Origin: Rhina ancylostomus
Taxonomy: Eukaryota
Length of the DNA: 64,000 bases
Direction of reading: 5' to 3'
Assembly: GCA_030265395.1 (NCBI GenBank)
Contig: JARFYF010000064.1
Coordinates: 19,200,531 to 19,264,530, forward strand
The notes under the pieces are model-generated. The model was not told the origin of the DNA and searched no databases. It was given only the letters and a program-made list of their open reading frames with translations. This document shows, piece by piece, positions 13,611-27,289 of this stretch. A program made the position numbers and the translations under genes. Numbering within the stretch: the stretch's first letter is position 1; every line of letters begins with the position of its first letter.

Positions 13611-14629
13611 TCTTTATACTTTCTGCGGTTAATATTATAATTAACAATTAACATTTCTGACATTCGGAAGCATTTAAATAGTTCTGGTGGTGATGCTAGT
13701 TACTAAACAATGGACAATCAGCTACACGAGCTCCGGGGAGGACATCAGCAGGAGCACCGAACTTTGAAATAGCAGCAATTACATCACATTTTGATCTGCC
13801 AATTCCGCACATAGTGTCAACAGAAATTGTGTGCATACTAACAACTTTACTAAGACGCAGTCTGGCATGCCACGTGTCATGGGTTTGTACACATGGCCCA
13901 TAAATGCACTGACAGCCCCTTTGACCCTGCAACCCCACCAACAAAAAAAAAATGGTGCCAGCAAATCTAATTTCATCTTTGTTTCTGGACTATTTTTGGA
14001 ACTATCTTCACTCTTTTAGTGGGATAGGAATGGACGTGCATTTGTTATGCACCATAACATATCCATTAGGACATCTCATAGCACAACACATTTAACTCAT
14101 TGAGGTATACTGATCACTTTAATTGGATTTGTCCACGTATTACAAATTCCTATTTTTTCACTCAAAATGTTGAGGTATACTCAGAGTTTGCAGGTGAACA
14201 GAAAAACAACAGGTAGATAACATTTCTCCCATCTGCAGACTTCATTGCATGTATATTTGGATGCGTTGCATAGTATTGTTTCAGTTACTGCTGTTACTGT
14301 TGTGCAATATTCACAATTGCAGTCATTCATTTTCCATTAGCAATGAGGTTAGAATAGATAGCTCCAGTTGAAGGGCTTGACTGTGCACAGAGAAACACAC
14401 TGGCCATCTTTCTCTCATACTGTTATGGTACGGTTCAGGATATTTAAATGCTGGATGAAAACCATTTGCTGAATTGGACAGAATATTGTCTTACATTTTG
14501 AGTGTATATTGATAACGTGCTTTATACAAAAGAACAATAGATCTTATGGCTCAAAAAATTTCAAATATTTTAATATTTTCTCATGTTTCACTAGATCTCT
14601 TGTGGCATTATATAACATGTTAGATGGTA

Positions 14630-14975
14630 AAATGGTACAGTGTTTATAGTGGTAGAGCTGCTGCTACACAGCTCCAGTGACCTGAATTCAATCCTGATGC
14701 CAGGTGCTATCCGCGTGGAGTTTGCACATTCTCTCTGACCACATGTGTTTCCTCTGGGTGCACCTCTTTCCTCCCACATTCCAAAGACTAGGTTAATTGG
14801 TCACTGTAAATTGCCTCTAGTGTACAGTAGAATCTGAGGGATAGGGGAATGGCATTGATGGGAATATGGAGTAAATACGAGATTAAGGAAGGATTAGTGT
14901 TAATGGGCATTTGATGTTAATGTATACTCTGTGGCTGAATGGCCAGTATCAGTGCTGTACAACTTTGTGAATCTA
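14630..14975 (+). mobile_element. Diverged V-SINE with CR1-type tail
   Basis: gtggtagagctgctgc...gaattcaatcctg...gtttcctctgggtgcacctctttcctcccacattccaaagac...ggctgaatggccagtatcagtgctgta. Confidence 0.8.
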
Positions 14976-16163
14976 CGAGTGGCTGAAGCCATTTTGTGGA
15001 CTACAGATTGCCAAGATAATTTTAAGCTAGTGGTGATCAAATGTGTGCTGTTTAGTATAACACATATCCCAGCATCATGTGCAAGTACATGGACAACCCA
15101 GAAGCAATCCAGTGTTGGACACAACTTGTGAAGTAATATAAACGGGGCTTTTGATGAAACTATTAGAGCTGAGAAAGATTATGCTGTGTGAGTAAATTTC
15201 TACACCCTGGCTACATTCAAATACCATATTTAATTGATATCTTTCACAGAATCCTGATGTACAATACTTATTCAAATGGTGCTTAGGAAACAAACGCCTT
15301 CTCCCATTGAACTCAATTCTTCCCCAAGCATGACAGCCCCCTCCAATTATCTTCTCACAGACAATGTGCCTTATAAAAATATAATCTGCCTAACATGCTT
15401 CTGCTTCTAGTTAATCCATCATAGACCCAGATGTCAATTGCATATCTGAGCTGCTTAGCTAACAGATCACAACACTCTACTATATCAGACTAATACCTCC
15501 ATCTTTATCATAAAACTCAAAAGTGATTAAATATCCAGGCAAGCAAGTTAAATTACACTACATCCCATTATAGTTCAATGGACTGTCAAAAGCAAAATCC
15601 CTAGGGGCCCTACTTATTCTCTTTTTATTTACATCATTCATTCTCAATACTCTTTCCCTTGCCAGTTTGTACTTTCCTGGTTCCTCCCATTGTCTCACTA
15701 TATAATATTACTTAAGCTAAGACAATGTGCCCAAAATCATTTTCCAAAACTTCACTATTACTATTCTTTATCTAATCACATGACCATCCACCAAGACTCT
15801 TCACATTTCACTCCTTCCCACAAGAAAACCACATATGGCTTCTAAACTGCAGAGCCTTTTGGGTAAGTGCCTGGCACACTGATGTGTAAATATGTAAACA
15901 AATAGGACATCTTCCAGTGTGATTGAAGCACAGTTCTCCATATCTGTAAAATTATAATAGAAAATCCTATAATAGAAAATAATGTTGACAGCTTATATAA
16001 AANNNNNNNNNNNNNNNNNNNNNNNNNNNNNNNNNNNNNNNNNNNNNNNNNNNNNNNNNNNNNNNNNNNNNNNNNNNNNNNNNNNNNNNNNNNNNNNNNN
16101 NNAAAATGGTTTTATAACATCTGCATATTGTGCTTCATGCAGCAAAGGAATTGTTTGTACTTA

Positions 16164-16352
<189 letters not shown>

Positions 16353-16744
16353 TTAGTTTATTAATTTAGCAAACAGAAGCAAAATTACATTTACCAAATT
16401 ATAGTACATATGGCAATTTAGCAACACTATAAGCAGTACTGTAGTAGTAGTTTTATTTATTTCTCTCAATTGATTGGAAATCAGTAATACCTCAAATAAG
16501 ATTTTCTAATGTTTTAGAAACCCTCAAATCAACCTTGTTGTAAATTGTACACAAGTCACAATATAGTCTGGATGCTTTTATTCTTTTTTTCATTGCTGTG
16601 TACATGATTATTTAAAATTGTAAATTAAGAACTTGATGAACCAAAGAGATTGTACAATTTATTGTGTGCTGCAATGTTGGCCTGGGGGATAGATGCACTG
16701 AAATTTTATACGGACCTCTATGATATACAAAACTGAAATGAACT

Positions 16745-17530
16745 GACAACAACCATCTCTACCTCATCGCCACCTCTCTGGACCTCTCTGTTGCTTCCAA
16801 ATTGTCAAACTACTTTTCTGACATGCAGCACCACAAGAGCAGAAATTTCATTCAACTAAGTAAAGCTATTCTGCCCAATTCCCACCTCTCAAACTCTGTT
16901 CCCTATCCACAAACACTGTCTGAAACAGAACCATACCATTCACAACCTTGGAGTCATATCGCACTCCACGAGGTGTTTGGTCCACATATCCGTGCCATCA
17001 TTAAGATTGCCTTTTCCCACCTCTGTTGCAGATGCACCTGTGTCAGCTCACCCACTGCTGAAACCTCACCTATGCCTTCATCTTCAAGCCTATTTCAGGG
17101 CACTCTTAGCTGGCCTCATTCACTCTACCCTCTACACACAAGCTCAGGCAAAAGCTTTCTGCCCTTTATCTTAATTTGCACTTTTCAATTCATTGCTAAA
17201 TGTTGTGTTTACTGACCTACATTGCCTCTCAGTTTAGGAATGTCATAATCCTCATTATCAAATCCATCCACTGCCTCTTCCTTATCTCTGATCTCCTTCA
17301 AACACCCAAGTTCAAGTTCTCTGCACCCTCCAAAGCCTCACATCTGGTATCTCCTCTTTAACTCCTTCCAATTTTTCTCCTTTGAATTTTCTTAATACCT
17401 CTCCCACCCTTTGACCAAATATACACTAATATCTCCCTGTGATCTGATGTCATATTTTGTTGATACCACTTCTATGAAGCACCTTTGGATGCTTTACTGC
17501 ATTAAAGACAAGATACAAGTACAAGTGATG
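16745..17530 (+). mobile_element. Decayed L2 LINE 3' region
   Basis: L2-like segments (ctggacctctctg; ccacatatccgtgccatc; tgctgaaacctc) and an L2-type tail atgaagcacctttggatgctttactgcattaaag. Confidence 0.65.
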
Positions 17531-18467
17531 GCTTTCATTGCTTCTGCAGCAAAAAAATACTGTTCAAACAGAATTTCAAAATCTCTTAGCACAACTTGAA
17601 ACGAGATTTTGTAACACTGACTGTAAAGTTAACATTTAAAATGGTCACTGTGCAATTTTGATTAATGAAATTGACTTCAGCACAAATTTACGAACAATCA
17701 GCTTTCTTCTAGCCATCTTCTATTTTTATATCGAGCTTGGAGTTTAGGCCAAGTGACAGACCCTAGAAAATTGCTATCCTTTATTGGGATTAGAAAAAAT
17801 TGCTAGATCAATATATGTGAGGCAACAAACTATTCAGAATAAAAAGGATGGAACTGCTAATTTTGTGTATTAACAATCCCATTCATCTATTACTTTTACA
17901 ACTAGTATTGTAGAATACTTTCCAAATGTCTATTTTATGACTCTATAAAAAAGCAGATATATGTTATTACAAAATTACAATTTTTGCATGCAAATTCATT
18001 AATAACTATTGGTCTAATACTTTAGCTTAATAACGCAGAACTTTACATGTGGGGAAGTTGTCATTCCATGCATTCAATAACGATTAAAAACAAGGGCAAC
18101 CAAACTTTCTTTGCATTGTTTGTAACTGACACCCGGATATCAAATTACAAATTGCTTGGAATTCTTGCAGCATAATCTACACCAAACTCTACTGACCAAT
18201 TTCCCGATTTGGTTTGTAAAGCACTGACATTTTAAATATGGAGAGAAAGGAGGGACTTAGTCACAATGCCACGGCACCACTGATTTATTCTTGCATATGA
18301 GATGCTAAACAGCAATGAATTATGCAATTATTTGAATTTATATAACCTGGAGAAGGAAGCAGCATTTTTCAGGTTCCAAATGAGAGTAACATATTCGTGT
18401 ATTCAAAAATATATGCATGGGTTTAAAAAAATGTGACTGATTTGATAAAATCTACTTTCCTTTAATA

Positions 18468-19828
18468 CAGTAAAACTCTGATAGTCTGCTATATGACTAT
18501 TCAGAAATCCCGAGGGTGCAGCATCTTGCTCACTGGCTGATGTTTGCCATGGTCCCCGTCCACTTACAGGGCTCCCTGGATCTCATCCATTCACTGGGGC
18601 CCCAGTTCCCGTACTTGCTGACCATTCACCAGGCCCTTGATGCTATACTCTCATTGGGTCCCAGTTCCTGTGTTCCCCTCCACTCAATGGGCCTTGGTTT
18701 CGGCTATCAACCTGGAACTTCGACAACTCTCCTCTTCCCCCCAGCCATTATTGCTCCAGATTCCAGCATTTACAGTCTCTTGTCTCTTCTTGGTTCCTGT
18801 GTTCCCTACCGCTCAATGGAGGCCCAGCTCCTGATCGCCTTTCTACTCGTGAGCCTCAATTCCTGGCACTTGCTGGGACCCCAGTTCCCATGTTCCCCAC
18901 CCACACACTGGGACCCTGGATCCCACAGCCCCTGCTTACATCAACAGTGCTGAGGTCAAGAGGGTTGAGAGTTTCAAGCTCCAAGCTCCATCACCAATAG
19001 CCTGTCCTGGTCCAACCACTTTGATGCCAGAGCCAAGAAAGCTCACCAGCACCTCTACTTCCTCAGGAGGCTAAAAAAAACCTCATCATATCCCCTTTGA
19101 CCCTCACCTACTTTTATCGATGCACCATAGAAAGCATCTTATCCAGCTGCATCACCACTTGGTATGGCAAATGCTCTGCCAGTGACTGCAAGAAACTGCA
19201 GAGAGTTGTGGGCACAGCTCAGCACATCACAGAAACCAACCTCCCCTCCATGGACTCTGATTATGCTGGTTGCTTTTCCAAGGCAGTGAGAAGTGTAGAC
19301 AAAGAACCCATCTACCCCGGACATTCTCTCTTCCATTCCTTCCCATCGGGCAGAAGATACAAAAGCCTGAAAGCACATACCACCTGGCTCAAGGACAGCT
19401 TCCATCCTGTTGTTATAAGACTATTGAATAGTCCCCCGTATAAAATGGGCACTTGACCTCACAATCTACCTCGTTGTGACCTTGCACCTTACTGTCTACC
19501 TGCATTGCACTTTCTCTATACTGTAACAATTTATTCTACACACTTATTATTTTTATCTTGTACTACCTCATGCACAGTTGAAATGAATTGATCTCTATGG
19601 ACTGTATGCAAGACAAGTTTTTCCACTGTACCTTGGTACACGTGACAATAATAATACACCAAAACTCACCTGGTTCTATTGGCCATACTCTTCTGAAACT
19701 TACTGATAAATGTTGGGCAACATCTCTTTAAAAAAGAGAATTAAAAGTGTATTGGAGTCTTAATAATCCAGATAGTCTGTTAATCCAGCACTATTGAAGT
19801 CTCATGTGTGCCAGATTAACAGTTTTTA
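18468..19828. mobile_element. Tigger-like non-autonomous DNA element with an internal GC-rich minisatellite, interrupted by a Rex1 LINE
   Basis: Left end TA|CAGTAAAACTCTGATAGTCTG and right end ccagattaacagttttta form a degenerate inverted match; internal repeats ctggg(a/t)cccagttccc...tgttcccc. Confidence 0.55.
18945..19655 (+). mobile_element. Rex1/Babar LINE, 5'-truncated (ORF2 C-terminus and 3' UTR)
   Basis: KKAHQHLYFLRRLKK followed by ORF 19097-19456 FYRCTIESILSSCITTWYG...LQRVV...PGHSLF...PSGRRYKSLKAHTTWLKDSF...IRLLN, typical of the Rex1 DUF1891-region C-terminus. Confidence 0.9.
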
Positions 19829-20804
19829 TAATGTTTACCCAGCAATATTAGTTTTGTCATGAGCTTTTTGTTAACTTCATGTCACAGAACCATGGATTAT
19901 GTATATTGTATATAATACAAATAATTTATTGATATACATATACAAAATTCTAGCCAAAAGTATTTTAAAGCCAAATTATCAACAAATGTCAGTTTACTGA
20001 ATCCAAAATTTCAGCTAGAATGAATACAAATTATAATTAATTAGAACTATTAATATCCTACAAGAATACAACCGATGTCAAAGCAATTTATTTTCTTGCT
20101 AATAACTATATTGCATTAAAAGTATATCAATCAGTTTGGATCAGAAGGCGGCTCATTAATCTCTCCAAACTTATACAACTGAAACATATGTTGCCAATGG
20201 AAAATGTAAAAATGTGTTACGAACATTATGCACTCCAAAAAGAATACCCAAATACACTTTCAATCCTACAGTAAATAAATAAATAGAATCCATCAGAAAA
20301 ATCATGAAATGCATGTAACTCTCAGTTAGGCTACTGGATAGAAGTAGACCGCCAACATTTCTTGCATGCTCCTGATTAGCATTCATCTCCTGGTGAAAAG
20401 AGATAAAAAGAAGAAAGCTTTGAGGAATATCAGGTCTCAAGCTAACAAACAGCTTTGTGAAATAGCTCTTCAACCAAGTTAAATGGCCTACTAAAGGGTA
20501 CCAGTCAACTGTTCTCAATTCCTGCAGCATTGTGTGACTGTGGCAAAATCTAGTAAACTTCTATTTCCTCTCCAATCACACTGCAAGTAAATTAAGGATA
20601 GCTGGCTATGAAAAATTTATAAAGGGGGTCTTCTGCTTGTACTGAACTATTTGAAATCACTGATCCAAAGATTGGTAAATTCTACCAAAAATGATATTTA
20701 TGAAGGTGAAATTTCTAAAATGTATATGCAACATTTGGCAAAGAATATGAACTGTTGTTCATTGGTCCACTATAAAGATCCTGAAAGGAGATATTGGAAT
20801 ATGG

Positions 20805-20930
20805 AGCAAGAAACAAGATGCTGGAGTGATCTCAGCAGGTCAGGCAGTGTCTGGGGTGGGGTGGGGTGGGATGAGGTGGGGGGGATTGGACAGTCAATGT
20901 GTCAGGTTGAGACCTTTCAGCTAGATCCTG
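20805..20930 (-). mobile_element. Penelope-like terminal repeat fragment
   Basis: gatgctggagtgatctcagcaggtcaggcagtgtctg...cagtcaatgtgtcaggttgagacctttc is the reverse complement of the recurring PLE tail. Confidence 0.65.
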
Positions 20931-21504
20931 AGAGTCCAGTTAACCTGCATTCTGTATTGAATTAAGCAAATTACAAAGTTAGAACAGAGGAACAGGCCAC
21001 GTAGCCCAGTGTTAGCACCAGTGTTTATGCTCTGCATGAGCTCTTCCTGCTCTTTTTGTCTTAGCCCATCCAATCCCATTTTATTCTTTTCCTTCTCGTG
21101 TACTTGATGCCTTGTTGTACAGCACATGGATTCCATGCTGGGCTGATTGCATAATGACACACACCTGAGCCCCATCAGGGGTCTAGCATAAGTTCCTGGG
21201 TTTCTCTAGCACTAGTTGCCAGAGTATTGGTCAACCTTCAGGTATATTTTGGCTCCTGGTTGCTTAGAATGGTCGACTCTAGAGCAGTCCTGCGTTCTCT
21301 ATTCCTGTTTGAAGATTCAGTTTGCATTGGGATTCCTACTCAGATCTCCGAGGCAAGATTCCTTCCAGTTGCTGCCAGAGTTTGGTCCTGAGGAAGTATT
21401 CTAACTCCAGTCCTGTACCAGTGTGCCGCATTTGGGTTCTCTGTGAGCTTGCTCTTTGCTCAACATCTGTGCTAATGTACAGTTCATTACCTTGTGGTAA
21501 TGTA

Positions 21505-21795
21505 GGCACGGTAGTGTAGTGGTTAGTGTAACGCTTTTCAGCGCCAGCAACCCAGGTTCAATTCCGGCCACTGTCTGTATAGAGTTTGTATGTTCTCCCT
21601 GTGTGTCTGCATGGGTTTCCTCTGGGTGCTCTGGTTTCCTCTCACTTTCCAAAGACGTACAGGTTAGGAAGTTGTGGGCATGCTATCTTGGCGCTGGAAG
21701 TGTGGTGACACTTGCAAGCTGCCCCCAGAACACCCTATGCAAAAGATGCATTTCACTGTGTGTTTCGATGTACATGTGACTAATAAAGATATCTA
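21505..21795 (+). mobile_element. Full-length V-SINE with Rex/L2-like tail
   Basis: ggcacggtagtgtagtggttagtg (A box), ggttcaattccgg (B box), V-domain, and tail gcatttcactgtgtgtttcgatgtacatgtgactaataaag; near-identical to 39463-39755. Confidence 0.9.
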
Positions 21796-21890
21796 TCCAC
21801 TCCTTAGGCAAAAGAATTTTCAAAAGGGTAAGTTAGCTACTTTCTTGTAATTATGAATCTGAGTTCTGGTTTTCCCAGCAACTAACAAGT

Positions 21891-21976
21891 CAAATGCTTC
21901 CATAGTCTTAAAATAACATCACAAATGCTTCCATAGTCTTAAAATGACGTCAATCAGGGCAACCATCAGGGCAACC
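21891..21976. repeat. Two adjacent short tandem duplications (31 bp x2, then 12 bp x2)
   Basis: caaatgcttccatagtcttaaaat(a/g)ac(a/g)tca twice, then atcagggcaacc twice. Confidence 0.85.
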
Positions 21977-22049
21977 ACCAGCGCCCCCCCCCCGCCCCCA
22001 CAGTATACACTATAGGTAATCCAAGTCTCAGAAGTATATAGGAAGGCAG

Positions 22050-23620
22050 GGATCACAAGTTCTTTGCTAGGTTTGACGGCTTGATCTTCAAACATTCATG
22101 GCTATAAGCTGTCAGGGTGCACTGAAGCAAATGGTGAATTTCATCATCAATCATTGACTTTGTTGAGAGGTTACTAAGAAAGGAGAAGTGATCCATGAAC
22201 TTGTATCATGGAGGGCAGTGTTATACAGCAGGGTCAGATTGGTTGAGAATCTATGTCTTGTATACATGGAGTGCAAGGCCCATCCTCTTGTAGGTTTCAG
22301 TGAAAGGGTCAATAATGACTCCCCGAGAAAGTGTAACGAGTAAAACTGGAAATGCTTGAATTGGACAGTCAACCAGCACAGTTAATTCAGTAAAGTCCAT
22401 CTCATTCACATCTGGGGACTTGTGCCAAAAGTGGGAGAGTCATTTGCAGACCAGCCGATCAACAGCTAGACCTAATGCCCTTCAGCCAACATGTACAACT
22501 TTTCCATTAACATCCTTGGGTATGCCCTGTCCCAAATGCAGGACTGTTTCATCGAAACAGTCAGTGGTGATGTGGTACAGTCAGGGGGCAGTGGCCCTGC
22601 AGAATCATCAACGTTGATCTTGGACACAATTCAACAGTTTATGCATTAGTGTAGAATTTTAACTCTGTACTGCCAGTTGGACATTGACATTGACCTTACA
22701 CCCGTGGTCCAAACATTGGCAAAAGAGCCAAGTGCCAAAGATGATGGTGACTTCATTATGACATCAAGGCAGCACCTGACCTAGTGGTGCATGAAGCAGT
22801 CTCTGCTGAAGTTTAAGTCATGGGGTGTTGGGGGGGGGGGGGGAAATTCTCTATTGGTTGGAGTCATGTCTAGCACAAAGGAAAATGGTTATAAAAGGTC
22901 AATCAATCCACCCCTAGGACATTACTGCAGGTTTCCTCCAGGCAATATCTTAGACCCAAAACATTATCAATGCTTTGTTAATGATCTTCTTCATAAAGGT
23001 TAAAAGTAGTGAAGCTCAGTGAGAATTGCATGANNNNNNNNNNGCATGAAGTTCAACTCATTTGCAACTGCACAGATAACAAAGCATGCAACATGAGAAC
23101 AATATACAGGCTTTGGCTGATAAATAGCACATGTACTGAACAATAATCATCTCCAGAGTCTAATCCCTCCAACAATACTTTAGAGACTCAACACCATCTA
23201 CAACAAAGCAAATGGCTTGACTGTTACTAATCCATTACCTTAAACATCCACTCCCTCCACCACCTATGCAATTTTGAAGGATGAAAACAGCAGAGACATG
23301 ATCACACCACCACTTGCAAGTACTGCTCCAATTCACATACTATCTAATAGAATCAAAAGAATTCAGCACAGGAACAACCCTTTGGCTCACAATGTTGTGC
23401 CAAACTAACTGCACTAATAATTAACTGCCTAACCAAACTAATCCCTTCTGCCTACACAATGTCCATATCCCTCCATTCTCTGCACATTTATGTGTTCATC
23501 TAAGAGCCTCTTAAGCACCTCTATGGTATTACTTATCTCGACTATGTTACTTCAGCACATGGGCAATAGTGCATGAAGGAGCAAACTCACATGAAGGAGT
23601 CTACCAAAGGCAGTGTATGA
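22050..23620 (+). mobile_element. Very old CR1/L2-group LINE remnant, with a small minus-strand CR1 tail at about 23347-23525
   Basis: gacatcaaggcagcacctgacc near 22760 is a decayed RT motif DIKAAFD; blocks are homologous to 27290-28940. Confidence 0.6.
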
Positions 23621-26600
23621 TGGGCAATGTATAATAATCTCGCAGTGAATGAGCAATAATCCTGTGAATGAGCAAAAAAAAAATCCACTTGATATTGCAT
23701 TAGAGTGTCAGTCAAAACTATGGGCTCTAACTCTCCCACACCCATCTGAGCAAAAAACAAAACCATTTATTATCCAAGCCCAGTTACTTTAATTATCCAC
23801 ATATTTCACAAGATGGAAAAGCATCTCCCATCCAGTGATCTCCATAGTATGCCTATGATGAGTAGATGTACTCCAAGGACATCCTTATCCTTGGCCTTTG
23901 TGCCTCCCAAGATGACACATTTCTTGTCTGAACAGCAATATCTGGATGGAACACGTAAAGGAGGCTGTAGAACCATCCTAGTGCGAACTTATGTCCAGAG
24001 AAGCAGATAGGTGTTCCTTGGTACAGTATTTCTACAGTATCCTTTCTACAGTATTATTTTACTATGTTAAAGGCAATAAAATCAGCAATAAAGGAAAATA
24101 CTAGCTGTGGAGGTAGATATGCAAGATGCATTCACAATCAAATAATTCATTTGAATTTATAAGGTATCAGATTTGGTCTGAACCAAGTACTGGCCATCAT
24201 TATGAATGAGCCAAAAAGTAAACATTTAGGAGATTTTAATTTACGATAAAAATGTCATCTTCTTTCTTACACATTAGCAAAATAAAAATAAAAATAGTTT
24301 GGAATGACCAGAAACAATTATTGTTCCACAGTATCAACTGGTTGTTTTGGCTGAGAACCATAAATCAAAGTACACAAGAACATTTGGTATGAGCTTATCA
24401 TTAATCTCTGCATTAAGTCCTTGGCAATCACCAATAGATTCCAATCAGACCTAAAGAATGCGCAGCATCTTTATTGATCCTTATGTGGCCATTCAATTTT
24501 CTGTCCTATTAAATCTATGGTGGGTCACAGGCACAAAGAAACCACTTCAGCAACCTTGTTACCATGAATCTGGATTCTGCCCCTTAAATCACACGAGGAG
24601 CTTCATCATCAGGTTAAATTAGTGGAAGGCAATCTCCAGAAAAAACATTAAGTTAATGCAACACTGCTCCGATTCACTAACTTAAATATGTCCACTTGAC
24701 CACTGTCGCTTGAAAGCAGTTTAAGAACCATCAGTGCATAGTGGTGGATGTTTCTTTTTTAAAGGCAAGCTTAATAATGAAAATGATATTAATAACTGAA
24801 CCAAATAACCATCTGAACTTAAAGGAAAACCAGAATGGCTATGCCAGATTGAACAGGCCTGCTTTTAATACTTACTGTATGTGAGGGCATAAAACACTGA
24901 TTCTTTTATTTTTACCTCCAATGTCTAGTAACCCTGAAAAATGTAAACGGCACTAGAAAACAGAATATTTGCACATTTTCTACATATATTAAGTTGCAGT
25001 TGAATGGCAATCAGCTGTTAGAATTAAAAGGGGATTTTGTTGAACTTAATCCATGATATATTTTAGAAGCAAAATATGTAACTTGAAAGTTAAACTCCAC
25101 TTTTTGGTACTATCATATTGCTTGAAAACAGAGGACCAAGTATAACTTCATTCTAAACAGATTGCTATGGTTTTGAATGAGAGAACTTCATGTAACAAAC
25201 ATCTGAAATTAATATTAGAAATAAGCTGCAAGTGCTCAATCCAAGGCCTTCAAATGAATGGTTACATACATTTAAAATTTATGTAACCTGCTGAGATAGC
25301 TCTTATCAAAGTCCACATCAGTGCACTTTGCTTGCATGCTTTCTTGTCTTAGGAAATACACTTGAAGAATTTGCCACTTTCCCAATCACTGCTCCAAGTC
25401 TTTGACTCCTTCTCCACCTCAACAATCTTATGTCCATGGATAATTTGTGCCCACCTCAACATTGACTGGAATATCTGAATATTAAACTTCTTTCCTGGAG
25501 GAACAGAAAGTCACCCTGTTATCCTTGCACCCATTTTTCTTTTCTGTCAACTTTCTAAATGTTTGTGTTTTATTTTCCAGGTTAAGAATTTTTTAATTAA
25601 TTATTTTCATTTTTCTGTTTCTTTCAACTTGATGGATGTAAATGGATTAGATAAGGCATGGGTTCAAACACTGCCCTTTCACTTTCCTGGACCTGTGTCA
25701 TAATCTGCATCACATTTTAGTTTGGATATTCTGATGATTATACAGCCCCCAATAAAGATGTTCACAATATAAAATAGGATTAAATTGACCGTCACTCAAG
25801 GACTATCACTGACATGAAAAGTGGAAAAGTCCCGTTGACATAGTTGGTGATCTGTAACATTGGGTTTGGTAAATACAACTAGAGCAGACACAATCAGCTT
25901 TCTTGAATTTAATCTATAATACACCATGTCATAGAATGATTATTGTGTGGAAAGAGGCTATTCAGTATATTAAGTCTGTACTGGCTCAAGGCAAGAATAT
26001 TCCACCCAGTCCCATTCCTCTGCCTTCCCTTCATAGCTCTGCTGGAAGTGTGGAAATAATAATAGCAATGCTGGATTCAGAAAATCATTCTGTTCCAAGC
26101 ATTGGGTTTCTGCACTGAGCATTGAGTATTCACCTATTTCAAAAATAGAATTATATTTCAACATCTCAATCTTTGCACTGGATGTATTGCAGATTACTTG
26201 ACTGGAGCATTTCATTATTTCTTAAGTATCTGAAATGTGAGAGGGTGCAATATAAATACAAGTCATTCTCTGAAAATATGACTTGCTATTTTCCACAACT
26301 AATACACTATTATAAAGTCGTTTTATTCATGAATAACAGAGTACATTCATTTTTACTCCCCTTGCTGGCAATGATCTAAATGATGAATATGATTAGGTAT
26401 TGAATATGACTTTTATTCATAACATCATTGCATTCAACACAAAAGGCTGACCACTCTCAAAAAAAAATATTCAAAGCAGGCAACTCAGTCAATCTAATGT
26501 GCTCAGTAGTAATGAATCCAAAGCAATTTCAAAGTTCAACATTTCCTCCTCTCACCTTTACAACTGCAAAATTTAAGCAAACGTTAGGAAGAATACTCAC

Positions 26601-27289
26601 TTCTTTCCCCCCTGAATTTCCTACCAGACTGCCCACATTTAGGCCTGAGATAAAGATGCATTTGGTTAGCTGCAAACACCATTTAGTACTGATATTCAGC
26701 CTTGTGTAAATCGGAATCAGTAAGCTTCTGGTCCTAAAGAAAGGAGATAGTCATCCATGAAGGAAAAGGTCAGTGGTCTTGACAGGACACCAATTTTCCA
26801 AGACAGCTGTCATCAAGGACACTTGTGTACTTATCTAACACAGGTTTTGCCCACTCTAGATGAAAACCAAGGAAAGCACAATACCTTCAAAATAAACATT
26901 CAATTATTTTCCAAACCAAACAGAAGTATTCACAGTAAGTTAATTATAAAACTTACCATATCACAGTAAAATTGATAACACCACAATAGTCAGGTTCAAA
27001 TCAAACTACTTCATGCAACTGATTGTTCACCACAATAAGCTACTCCTCAAGTTCATTAAATTCTTTGATTCAAAGAGATATTTAAAATTTGTTATTAGCC
27101 CAAAGTACAAACAGAATGGTTTTCATGTTAATTTAAACAAGTGGATCTAACCGTGGATCGTAATAGTGGAATGTAATAGTGGTTACAGCTGTTGGGAACC
27201 ATTATGTGGGAACAACAAATTGTTAAAGTGCTATTATTAAATGTGTGTCAAAGACAAGATTGATGTCCTTGATGGTAATTCCATTTCTA

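Noticed and set aside
18516-18953. 145-aa ORF
   Set aside because: Produced by the GC-rich minisatellite; non-ATG start and no domain.
25290-25500. Minus-strand open stretch initially considered for PARG exon 8
   Set aside because: No PARG similarity and it ends in a stop; the real exon is at 29247-29339.
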